The notes under the pieces: generated by a model
Told to the model about the DNA's origin: nothing
What the model saw: the letters and a program-made list of their open reading frames with translations, nothing else
The model's database searches: none
In this document: positions 18,938 to 28,121 of the stretch, one piece after another
Layout of the letters: each line of letters begins with the position of its first letter
Numbering within the stretch: position 1 is the stretch's first letter
Position numbers and translations under genes: made by a program
IMG/VR virus record: IMGVR_UViG_3300032797_000052
Coordinates: 1-59,888 of that record
DNA: 59,888 nt
Direction: 5' to 3' (one strand)
Source: a virus
Taxonomy: Duplodnaviria; Caudoviricetes

Positions 18938-19840
18938 ATGAGTAAAACATTAATAGGTATGGTAACGTTTGGAAATTATCATTTTACAGAAATGACAATA
19001 AATTCAATTAAAAGAACTGCAAAAAATCCGGTTGATATATTAGTTATTGTCGGTAAACCATATGATGAACTTACTAAGTTACTTTGTGAAAGTAAGAATA
19101 TACATTATATATCACATGATCAAAATTATGGTTTTCCTTACTCTTGTAACGATATCTATGATTTTGCTTGGAAAGAACATGATTATGATAATTTAATTTT
19201 CATCGGAAATGATGTAGTTGTTTATCCTAATGCAATAGATATTTTAATAAAACAAGCAGAAACAACTGACTTTGAATGGATTGCAGGAGCACAATTTGAT
19301 TCTAGAAGTCTAATAAGAATGTATCCAGAAACAGAAACTTGGTTTCATGGAGATACTTTAAAATTTGATGCCTTTGATAAAAAACCTTGGGAGGCACACA
19401 AAGGATGGCCTAATAACCTGGATTTTGTACCTGATAGAATTCCTGATCTTCATAATTTCTGTCTACTCAAGAAATCAGTATTTGATAAGATAGGATATAA
19501 TGATGTGAGTTTTTATCCAGCATATTTTGAGGATAATGATTATGTGACAAGGGGTGTGAATGTAGGAGTTAATGCTTGTTATATGATTAATGCAGTTTTC
19601 TTTCATTTCTGGAGCAGAACAATCCATCAAGGAACTGGTGGTTCTGATCCTCATTTCTTTGAAAACAATAGACAATACTTTATTAGAAAATGGGGCGCAA
19701 CTCCTCCAACTACTCCATATAAAATTCCATTTAACGGAATTCCCTATAATTTAACAGAAGATATTATATTACCAGCAACTTTAAAAATAGATACAAGAGA
19801 AAATGAGAAAAAAATTATTGCTTATTGGAGAATGAAATAG
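18938..19840 (+). CDS. GT2 glycosyltransferase
   Basis: NYGFPYSCN, GNDV, FDKIGYND..FYPAYFEDNDY. Confidence 0.85.
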   Translation: MSKTLIGMVTFGNYHFTEMTINSIKRTAKNPVDILVIVGKPYDELTKLLCESKNIHYISHDQNYGFPYSCNDIYDFAWKEHDYDNLIFIGNDVVVYPNAIDILIKQAETTDFEWIAGAQFDSRSLIRMYPETETWFHGDTLKFDAFDKKPWEAHKGWPNNLDFVPDRIPDLHNFCLLKKSVFDKIGYNDVSFYPAYFEDNDYVTRGVNVGVNACYMINAVFFHFWSRTIHQGTGGSDPHFFENNRQYFIRKWGATPPTTPYKIPFNGIPYNLTEDIILPATLKIDTRENEKKIIAYWRMK

Positions 19841-21421
19841 ATGCCTTTAGTAGAGAAAATATCTAAAGCTGATTTTTATCTTTTTGAGATAATCCGAAAT
19901 CCAGCATTATTTGGTGAGTTTGTTGCAAACTTTGATAAGACAGAGAGAGATGATGTCTGGAAATACTCAGATTATCAAATGGAATTCCTTTGTGATTATC
20001 AAACAAATGTATCAATTTGTTGTGGTCGTTCTGTGGGTAAAACTGTTTCATTATCAGATTTAATTATTTGGAATTTAATAAATAAAATTTTTCCTACAGA
20101 TTATTTGATATATACAGTCCCAAATAAAGCACATTTAGAACCAGTATTTACTAATCTTACAAGAATGTTTAGAGCTAATACATTCTTAAAACAGTTTATT
20201 GATCCAAAGAAAGGAATAAACTCAAGTGACCATACTATTAAACTTCTCAATCATACTAGTTTATTGTGCCGTATTGCTGGAACTACTGGCACTGGAGTTA
20301 ATGTTGTTGGCCTACATAGTCCTTTTGAAATTGTAGATGAGGCAGGATTATATCCGTGGGGAACGTGGGTAGAATTGCAACCCACTCTAAATACTTGGGA
20401 AAGAGGTCATAAAAGAATAGTATCAGGTGTTCCAACTGGACTTCGAGAAAAAAATGTTTTATTTTATGCAGACCAACAAGATGATAACTATAGTAAACAT
20501 AGAATTACAGCACATAGAAATCCAAGATACACAGATGCAGATGAAAAAGAGAACATAGAGAAATATGGTGGTACGGACAGTGAAGATTACATTCATTTAG
20601 TATTAGGATTACATGGAACTCCAGTCTTTGCTGTATTTGATAGAAACTTAATGGAAATTGAATCCTATCCAGTCTGGAAAGTCAAAGTGGATGGAATAAC
20701 CACAGCAGATGTTAGTCAGATTTATATGAAACTTGGGGCTTTACCAGCTATTACAGAAAGTTATGACTATACAGTTGTTGGCATTGATCTTGGATATACA
20801 GAGCCTACGGCAATTCATATACTATATTCTAAACATGGATTATTAAGATATCATGCTAGAATAGAACTTATCAAGGTTCCATATCCACTACAAAAGAAAT
20901 TATTTGATTTCCTTGATGATAAATTTAATAAATTTGACATTATAGGAGTTGACTTTGGTGGACCAGGAAAACCAGTAGTCCAAGATTGGCTAGAAGCAGA
21001 TGAGTATATTCATAAAGATTATAAGAAACGAATGATCCCAATTGATTTTTCAAGTTGGATAGTCTTAGGGGTTAATTCTGATGGGGAAGAGATAAAAACT
21101 AAAATGAAACCATTTGCAGTTTCATTAACTCAGGAATATACTAACTCACATAAAATTATTTATACAACAACTGATTATGATCTAATTGCAGAACTTGAAA
21201 GAACTACTTATACAAAAACTCCATCTGGAGAAGTTGTGTATAGAACATTGACTCCTAGAGGCGGAGAAAGAGGTGATGATCATAACACATCTGCACTGTT
21301 GATGGCTATGGTTGCTCATTATATTACAAAAGATGCCTCAATGAATAAACCAAAATCAAAAAGATTATATACACCAAGATGGTTAATCAGAGATCAAATT
21401 TCTGATTTAGGAGGAATGTAA
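19841..21421 (+). CDS. terminase large subunit
   Basis: GRSVGKT Walker A, IVDEA Walker B, GIDLG nuclease, C-terminal DDH. Confidence 0.9.
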   Translation: MPLVEKISKADFYLFEIIRNPALFGEFVANFDKTERDDVWKYSDYQMEFLCDYQTNVSICCGRSVGKTVSLSDLIIWNLINKIFPTDYLIYTVPNKAHLEPVFTNLTRMFRANTFLKQFIDPKKGINSSDHTIKLLNHTSLLCRIAGTTGTGVNVVGLHSPFEIVDEAGLYPWGTWVELQPTLNTWERGHKRIVSGVPTGLREKNVLFYADQQDDNYSKHRITAHRNPRYTDADEKENIEKYGGTDSEDYIHLVLGLHGTPVFAVFDRNLMEIESYPVWKVKVDGITTADVSQIYMKLGALPAITESYDYTVVGIDLGYTEPTAIHILYSKHGLLRYHARIELIKVPYPLQKKLFDFLDDKFNKFDIIGVDFGGPGKPVVQDWLEADEYIHKDYKKRMIPIDFSSWIVLGVNSDGEEIKTKMKPFAVSLTQEYTNSHKIIYTTTDYDLIAELERTTYTKTPSGEVVYRTLTPRGGERGDDHNTSALLMAMVAHYITKDASMNKPKSKRLYTPRWLIRDQISDLGGM

Positions 21422-22974
21422 TGTCTAAGAAATCTACCACAAAAGCGGTAGTACAAAAAGAAACTGGATTAGCTAAAGCTTCTTATAGTGTTTGGGATAC
21501 ACCAGGATCAACTCATGGATCAGTTCCTTGGGCACCAAGCGATATTGATAAGTTTGAATTAAAACAAGATAAGTGGGAATTTATTGTAAACGATTGTCGT
21601 TATTATTATAAACGTGATCCCATTGCATCTATTGTTGTTAATAAAATAGTAGACTTAGCTATCAACGATATTCATTTAAGAGTTAAAACCGGAAGAAAAG
21701 TTTTTGAGAATATTTTTGAATCTATTAAACCAAATCTATTGCAATTTCTTAGAAGTTGTGGTTTGGAATTTCTAATCTCTGGACTTGTTGTTCCAGAGAT
21801 CGAATTTACAAAAGTTGGTAAAGATGATTTGGATATACTTGGTATTAAAAGATTTTCATCATTACTTCTTCCGACAGAAATGTGGCTTCGTGATCCGTCA
21901 CTTATCACAATTAATGATCCTTTAATTGGTGGGAAAGTATCATATTTCACAAAAATACCAGATAAGTTAAGATATTTTATTAATAATAATGGAGTATATG
22001 AAGATAATACAGAGGATAAACAATTATATACTAAATTAGTACAAGAACTGCCAGAATTTGTGGCACAAGTTAAAGAAGGAAAAGAAACAATTTTATTAGA
22101 TAATCCTCTTATAATAAGACATAACGTTATAACCGGAAGTCCTTATCCAGTTCCTTATTTATATCCAGCCTTGGAATCACTTAAGCATAAGAGAAATCTA
22201 CGTAGAATGGATTACTCTGTTGCATCAAGAGTCATTACAGCAATTCAGAAATTTACTATGGGCGATAAGGATTTCCCACTAACTGAAGATAATGAGGATC
22301 AATTACAAGAATTAAAGACACAAATGATGTGGAGAGAATCAACAGATAGTAGAAATGCAGAACGAATTTTTCAACTATTTGGAAATCATACTCTTCAAAT
22401 TGAGTGGATTGTTCCTCCAGTAGAAGCTTTATTAGATGATACTAAATACAAAAACGTCAATGGTGATATTGCAATGGCTCTTGGATTTCCTAGAATTTTA
22501 GTTACAGGAGAAACTGAACGCTCATTTACGTCTGATCCTGAGATTGCAACCCTTTCTCCTGCCCAAACAATGAAAAGAATGCAAGAAGTATTTTTACCTA
22601 TTGTAAGGCGGATTATTGATATAATAATAGTAGATAATAACTTAGGTGCTACAGATATATCTGTTCGTTTCCAACCAATCAATATGATTGGTGTTACTGC
22701 ATTTATGCAAGGATTACAAAGTCTATATGATACTGGTAATCTATCAAGAGAGGATTATGCTGCTGCCTTTGGTTTTGATGTCTATGACCAATTGGAGAAG
22801 CGTTCTGACGAAAAGGACATTTTGAAGGATTATGATTTGGAGGAATTTGCTCCAGTTCCACATAGTAATGTACCAAATGTCCCAGGAAAAACTACTCAAA
22901 AACCTACAAAACCAGTTGTAAAACCAACCGGAAAATCTAAGGCAGGAGGTAATGAAGATGCCGAGGGAATATGA
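21421..22974 (+). CDS. portal protein
   Basis: 517 aa directly after TerL; Y..DPI...VV motif, ALGFP. Confidence 0.75.
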   Translation: MSKKSTTKAVVQKETGLAKASYSVWDTPGSTHGSVPWAPSDIDKFELKQDKWEFIVNDCRYYYKRDPIASIVVNKIVDLAINDIHLRVKTGRKVFENIFESIKPNLLQFLRSCGLEFLISGLVVPEIEFTKVGKDDLDILGIKRFSSLLLPTEMWLRDPSLITINDPLIGGKVSYFTKIPDKLRYFINNNGVYEDNTEDKQLYTKLVQELPEFVAQVKEGKETILLDNPLIIRHNVITGSPYPVPYLYPALESLKHKRNLRRMDYSVASRVITAIQKFTMGDKDFPLTEDNEDQLQELKTQMMWRESTDSRNAERIFQLFGNHTLQIEWIVPPVEALLDDTKYKNVNGDIAMALGFPRILVTGETERSFTSDPEIATLSPAQTMKRMQEVFLPIVRRIIDIIIVDNNLGATDISVRFQPINMIGVTAFMQGLQSLYDTGNLSREDYAAAFGFDVYDQLEKRSDEKDILKDYDLEEFAPVPHSNVPNVPGKTTQKPTKPVVKPTGKSKAGGNEDAEGI

Positions 22975-23452
22975 ACATTGTAAACAAAGTGAATTAGATA
23001 GTGGAAAAAGTCTAAAAGATGCTAAAAGGATTTGTGCCATTAGATATTATAAGATACATGGACAAACTCCAATGCAAGCAGATAAAGAAGGAAAAGCAGC
23101 CGAAAAATCACAATATGATGATGATGAAATCAAGTTTTTTGAAATGCTTGAATTAATTGCTCCAATTGTTGATGCAGAGGCCGCAGTTTGGACTACAGCT
23201 TATATTAATGATCTGCCAGATTCATGTTTTTTATATGTTGAACCTGGAGAAAAGAAAGATGGAAAAACCAATCCTTTATCAAAGAGACATTTTCCATATA
23301 AAGATAAGAGTGGAAAAATTGATCTTCCTCATCTTCGCAATGCTATTGCAAGAATTCCACAAAGTAATGCTCCTGGTTTAAGTCCTGAGAAAAAGAAATC
23401 ATTACAAGAACGTGCCAGAAGATTACTTGGTGGTCAAAAAGACGAGGAATAA
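22958..23452 (+). CDS. head morphogenesis-associated protein (DUF6582-like)
   Basis: INDLPDSCF...RHFPYKD..G.ID.PHLRNAIAR. Confidence 0.6.
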   Translation: MPREYEHCKQSELDSGKSLKDAKRICAIRYYKIHGQTPMQADKEGKAAEKSQYDDDEIKFFEMLELIAPIVDAEAAVWTTAYINDLPDSCFLYVEPGEKKDGKTNPLSKRHFPYKDKSGKIDLPHLRNAIARIPQSNAPGLSPEKKKSLQERARRLLGGQKDEE

Positions 23453-23464
23453 TAGGAAATTGAT

Positions 23465-24475
23465 ATGAAAATACACAATGTTATCTCAAATATTGTACAA
23501 TTAACATTAGAGGATAACGAGCAATATAAGGAACAAATGGCATCATTGTCTTTAAATAAGACAATCAAATGGGTTAAGTTTATCCTCACAGATGATCAAC
23601 CAAATATAAATAAACAACGAATTCCCAAGGGAGAGTTTCCAAATCTTGTAAAGTCAGGTATTTATATGCCAATCAAGATGGCCCAAGGATATATTCGAGA
23701 AGGGCATGAGTATTCTGTTCCTATTGGTACAATAACAAACCTAATAGAACGTGAACATAGTGTCGAGGGCATCGCCGCTTTGTGGTCAAAAGAATACCCT
23801 GATGAAGTTAAACTTCTCGAAGGAATGAGTTCTGCGGGTGAAAAGCCGCAAATCTCTTGGGAAATTATGTACTTGGACTCTGAGAAGAAGGATGAAATCG
23901 AAGAGTTTAAAGACGTTCAATTGGCCGCTGCCACAGTTGTTAGTTTACCAGCTTATAGTGGCAGAACTCCAATATTAGTGGTTGCATCAAAACAAACAGG
24001 AGGAATTACATCAATGGATGAGAAAGAGTTACAAGCACTCAAGGATTCCGTTGCAGCCCTTACTACAGACAAAAATACTTTAACAGAAAATGTTGCTACT
24101 TTAACTAAGCAAGTTGCAGATTTAACAAAAGAACGTGATGAACTTGCTACCTTTAAAGCCGAGGCTGATGCCAAAACTGAAAAGGAAACAAAACTTGCGG
24201 CAATTAAAAAAGTATTTGCTGATAACGAAGTTGAAATTCCAGAAGAGTATTTTGCTGATGAAGCTAAAGCTGCTAAACTTCTATCCATGAGTATTGAACA
24301 GATAGATTATATGATTAAAGAACTTGGAATTTTTGCTAAGAAAGAGGAAAGCACTGAAAAAGCATCAAAGCATATTGGTGCAAAAAATATTCCAAACCTA
24401 AAAGGTGAAAAACCAGTTCTTATGACTCCGCGAGAAATTGCAGAGAAGCTTCGTGAAGAAGCTAAAAAGAAATAA
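23465..24475 (+). CDS. prohead protease/scaffold fusion
   Basis: N.NKQ, H..S.PIG, ISWE, V..PAY, followed by a coiled coil; located before MCP. Confidence 0.7.
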   Translation: MKIHNVISNIVQLTLEDNEQYKEQMASLSLNKTIKWVKFILTDDQPNINKQRIPKGEFPNLVKSGIYMPIKMAQGYIREGHEYSVPIGTITNLIEREHSVEGIAALWSKEYPDEVKLLEGMSSAGEKPQISWEIMYLDSEKKDEIEEFKDVQLAAATVVSLPAYSGRTPILVVASKQTGGITSMDEKELQALKDSVAALTTDKNTLTENVATLTKQVADLTKERDELATFKAEADAKTEKETKLAAIKKVFADNEVEIPEEYFADEAKAAKLLSMSIEQIDYMIKELGIFAKKEESTEKASKHIGAKNIPNLKGEKPVLMTPREIAEKLREEAKKK

Positions 24476-24493
24476 TTAGGAGGATTTTTTACA

Positions 24494-25090
24494 ATGGAAA
24501 TCAATAAGTATAGTGATATCCTTGGGGTTGTGTGTTGTGAAGATATTGTCGAAGGTCGCTTCTGTCTCTTAACAACTAACCTTCCAGGGTCTTTTGATTT
24601 CGGCACTAGAACAGACCTTCCAGGGGTTATTAGACCTAAGACAGCCGCTCAGGGCTATCAAGCTAAATACCTTGTAACATGGATTGTTCCTAATCAAACA
24701 ACGCCAATGTATATACCTACACCTTCATTGGCCTATTCTTTGAGACATGGTGGATTTGATCAAGTTGGAAATCTACCTATGACTGGAACTACAATCCATC
24801 TAACTTGGCCTGGACAAAAACAAGCTGTCACTATTCCATCCGGCTATCTTGCTTTAGCATTTGCTGGAGGAGTATACACAATTCCGTCTGGTCAATTCAT
24901 TTATAACGTTGGATTGAGAACCCCAGGAACATATGTTATTGCCGCAGATGACGGTACTGATGGTGCTGGAAATGGTGGAATGGCTAAGATTTCTGCTGCT
25001 CCATTCACTCCAAGCGCAAACAATGTCGGTCTCGTTGAAAGATTTGATGTTGCTAACTGGGCATTACAAGTTAGAACATTTGCTCCATAA
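24494..25090 (+). CDS. capsid decoration/cement protein
   Basis: Position between scaffold and MCP, strong RBS. Confidence 0.5.
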   Translation: MEINKYSDILGVVCCEDIVEGRFCLLTTNLPGSFDFGTRTDLPGVIRPKTAAQGYQAKYLVTWIVPNQTTPMYIPTPSLAYSLRHGGFDQVGNLPMTGTTIHLTWPGQKQAVTIPSGYLALAFAGGVYTIPSGQFIYNVGLRTPGTYVIAADDGTDGAGNGGMAKISAAPFTPSANNVGLVERFDVANWALQVRTFAP

Positions 25091-25122
25091 GAGTAAGATA
25101 AACTAGGAGGATTTTTATTACC

Positions 25123-26031
25123 ATGAGCGAAAAAGATTATAAGGAAGCTTTGGCAGGAATGATGCGTGATCCCGATCAAAGAGAAGCATTTGCTCAGGTA
25201 TTGGTGGAATTTTTGCAACCAGGACATCTTACTACAGATATTATAAGTACACTTCTTGATACTCGTGCATTAGAAGCTGGTGACGTTCTTGTGAAGAAAG
25301 TTCGCAAGGGCATTCAAGTTAGATCATTAGTTCCTGGTGCCGTACACCTATCAAGTGAACTTACAATTGCTGATCGTATTAACTTCATACTCGACGGTGC
25401 TGATGTTAAAGTCACATACAATGAGTGGGAGTTAGAACGTGGTGAGATTGGTACAGTTGCATCCATCTCTGCCGAGATGAAAGCCAAACTTCGTGACTGG
25501 TTTGTATCTAAAGTTTTTACAGCCCTTTCTACAATTTGGACAGCCGGAAATACGCCGCTTAACTATACTGCGATGGGCGGAAATATTACAGCGGCAGCAT
25601 TAATAAATGCTATCAATAGAATCAATCTGTCAACAAGTGGAGCCAAAGTTATTATTGGTTCTAAAGCAGCCGTAACTCCAATCACCAGCTTTGCCGCTTT
25701 CTGGACAAGCGGAGCAAATGTTGGATATGATCCAGCATTGATCCGTGAAATTTGGCAAAACGGTTGGCTTGGACGCTTCTACGGTGTTCCAGTAGTTGCT
25801 ATTGATCAAGTTTACGACTATCCTGATACCTATGTTCCCCTAATCCCAACAGATAAAATTCTTGTCATTGGAGATAAAGTTGGAGAGTTTATTACCTATG
25901 GCGATGTTAAGACAAAGCAATGGGTAGATAATAACCCAACTCCTCCTCAATGGATGTTAGAACTTTATCAACAATTCGGAATGATTATAGATAATGCTTG
26001 GGGAATCTATGTTATTGGGCAAGTTTCATAA
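25123..26031 (+). CDS. major capsid protein (HK97 fold)
   Basis: 302 aa, G.LG.FYG.PVV, strong RBS, followed by a terminator. Confidence 0.75.
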   Translation: MSEKDYKEALAGMMRDPDQREAFAQVLVEFLQPGHLTTDIISTLLDTRALEAGDVLVKKVRKGIQVRSLVPGAVHLSSELTIADRINFILDGADVKVTYNEWELERGEIGTVASISAEMKAKLRDWFVSKVFTALSTIWTAGNTPLNYTAMGGNITAAALINAINRINLSTSGAKVIIGSKAAVTPITSFAAFWTSGANVGYDPALIREIWQNGWLGRFYGVPVVAIDQVYDYPDTYVPLIPTDKILVIGDKVGEFITYGDVKTKQWVDNNPTPPQWMLELYQQFGMIIDNAWGIYVIGQVS

Positions 26032-26040
26032 TGATTTATA

Positions 26041-26075
26041 TTGAGGGGGAGATTAAGTTCTCCCCCTCAACTTTT
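26041..26075 (+). terminator. rho-independent terminator
   Basis: TTGAGGGGGAGA/TCTCCCCCTCAA stem plus T tract. Confidence 0.85.
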
Positions 26076-26092
26076 ACAATTTGGAGGTTACA

Positions 26093-26653
26093 ATGACGGA
26101 AAAGGTTAATCCAATGGTGTTTGATCCTATGAATGCTGCTACTTATTCAGCTATGCAAACGGGTTTACCATATAAGATTTATCAAAAGACAACTTTAGGA
26201 AAGGTTGCTGTAACAATTCTTAATCCTTTCTCTGGAGAACCAGAAGGGGTTATAATTGAGGGAGACCCATCACTTCCTCAAGATCAAGATAAAATAACAA
26301 TTAATATTTGGAACGCAAAAGAAGATGTATTCTTCAAAAGATTAAATAAAGCACATTTTGATGCTGGAAATTTAAGAGAAATCCCCGTTCCAAGACCAGA
26401 ACAAATAGCAGCAATTCCTCGTTCAATTAATGATATAACTGATGAGGAAATTTATGAGCTTCTTAGTAAGCCATTTTTAGCATTAAAAAATAAGCTCAAT
26501 AAATTCACCGCGCCTGCTCCAGTTATTCAAATCTTGAGAAAGGCTGAGGAAATGGAAAAATCAGAAAAAATTCTAAATGCATGTCGAGCTAGAATTAGTG
26601 AATTAGAGTTCTCAAATATTCCTAAAACAGAAAGTGGAGATAAAAAGGAATAA
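26093..26653 (+). CDS. hypothetical protein
   Basis: GGAGG RBS, located after MCP. Confidence 0.7.
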   Translation: MTEKVNPMVFDPMNAATYSAMQTGLPYKIYQKTTLGKVAVTILNPFSGEPEGVIIEGDPSLPQDQDKITINIWNAKEDVFFKRLNKAHFDAGNLREIPVPRPEQIAAIPRSINDITDEEIYELLSKPFLALKNKLNKFTAPAPVIQILRKAEEMEKSEKILNACRARISELEFSNIPKTESGDKKE

Positions 26654-26656
26654 TAA

Positions 26657-27151
26657 ATGTCTTATTCAAATTTAGCGGAATACATCGAGCGTTTAAGACT
26701 TCACCTAGGAGATACAGATTCAACTGCTTATCGGTATATTGATATCTGGTTAAGTACAGCTTTATATGCTGCTATAGAAGTTCTTATGCCTAGATGGAAT
26801 TATAAATATTTAATAACAGAAGCTACTAACTTAGTTTATAGAAATCCTGCATCAACTTTCCTATTTCCAGAGCCTCCTATTATTGAAAGAGGAGATATTT
26901 GGCCTATAATCCTTCAAGCATCTATCATAATAAAAGAAGGTTCATTGGAAAATTCATCTTGGAATTTTGCCTCATGGCGTGATGCAGAGATATCATACTC
27001 AAATCTAGAATCCTCTCGCTCAAAGGATGCCTCGCTCTTGAGAGATATAGAAATGTTAGATACTATGTTGCCGTGGAGAGCGAAACGGCTAGCGGGCCCA
27101 ATAAAAGGGCATTTACCTGGATATCTTAGAAATGAGTATGAACATGACTAA
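26657..27151 (+). CDS. head-tail adaptor
   Basis: IERLRLHLGDTD motif and position. Confidence 0.6.
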   Translation: MSYSNLAEYIERLRLHLGDTDSTAYRYIDIWLSTALYAAIEVLMPRWNYKYLITEATNLVYRNPASTFLFPEPPIIERGDIWPIILQASIIIKEGSLENSSWNFASWRDAEISYSNLESSRSKDASLLRDIEMLDTMLPWRAKRLAGPIKGHLPGYLRNEYEHD

Positions 27152-27229
27152 TAGGGACACTTATCCAAAAGGCTTACTAGGGCGATAGCGGTTTATGTCT
27201 CTATTAATCTTATTATATGGAGAGAATAA

Positions 27230-27802
27230 ATGTTAAGAAGCAAACCATTAAATTTTAGATCAAAAATTAAAGGTAAATTAACAGTAACAGTTTTTGGTCC
27301 CGATGGACAGATCAAAAGACGAGAACCCAATTTCTTCCAAAGATTGTTAGGATTGCCTGGAAGTAGAATGATTTCAGTTAATCACAATATTGTCACCGAT
27401 GAAGGTGATGCTATGATTGCTGATATTATGGCCCAAACACCTGCTAGAGTCAAAGTAGATAACACTAATGGTTATATTCAAGTAGGTACTGGTTGGACAG
27501 GTACTACTCCTAAAGCAAACACAGTATTAAATACTCCTACAGGTACACCAGAAGTAATGGATGCAACTTATCCTAAATTAAAGGGAGCCTTTGGTGCTGC
27601 CAATGATAATGTAACTCAATATAGATCGACTTTTGAGGCAGGAGATTTAAATATTACAGGAATTGATGAAGCAGGATTAGCAAATAATATTACTCCTGCA
27701 TCATGGGATTTACTTGCTTATGGTCAGATCACTCCAGAAGTTAATGTTACTACATCCGATACTTTACAGGTTGATTGGGAACTAACATTCTTAGGCGCAT
27801 AA
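27230..27802 (+). CDS. virion structural protein
   Basis: HNIVTDEG...IQVGTG...ITGIDEAGL...DTLQV.W pattern common in fibre-anchoring proteins. Confidence 0.6.
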   Translation: MLRSKPLNFRSKIKGKLTVTVFGPDGQIKRREPNFFQRLLGLPGSRMISVNHNIVTDEGDAMIADIMAQTPARVKVDNTNGYIQVGTGWTGTTPKANTVLNTPTGTPEVMDATYPKLKGAFGAANDNVTQYRSTFEAGDLNITGIDEAGLANNITPASWDLLAYGQITPEVNVTTSDTLQVDWELTFLGA

Positions 27803-27803
27803 T

Positions 27804-28121
27804 ATGACTGATACTTACAAGACTTTATACCAAGGTCAAGTTCCGGCCTCTGGTACTATACTTTATATAGTGGGTGCTGGAAAGTCAACTATTATTAAAC
27901 ATTGGACCGCAGTTAATCTTCTTCCAGCAGGATGTTCAATTAGAATGTGGAAGAATGGAGTAACTGATCCTTATGCTATTATGCCTACAATAACAATTCC
28001 GATGTCAGGATATGCTGAATGGGATGGAACTATGGCTATGGCAGCAGGAGAATGGATTGCAGCCCAAGCTGGAACAATAAATGCAATAACAGTTACACTT
28101 GACGGCGATGAGGTAACATAA
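27804..28121 (+). CDS. small beta-sandwich virion protein
   Basis: T.LY.V......IK....VN pattern; similar to 48115..48456. Confidence 0.6.
   Translation: MTDTYKTLYQGQVPASGTILYIVGAGKSTIIKHWTAVNLLPAGCSIRMWKNGVTDPYAIMPTITIPMSGYAEWDGTMAMAAGEWIAAQAGTINAITVTLDGDEVT

Noticed and set aside
27151-27205. Weak stem TAGGGACA/TGTCTCTA after the adaptor gene
   Set aside because: Short stem with a large loop; cannot be distinguished from chance
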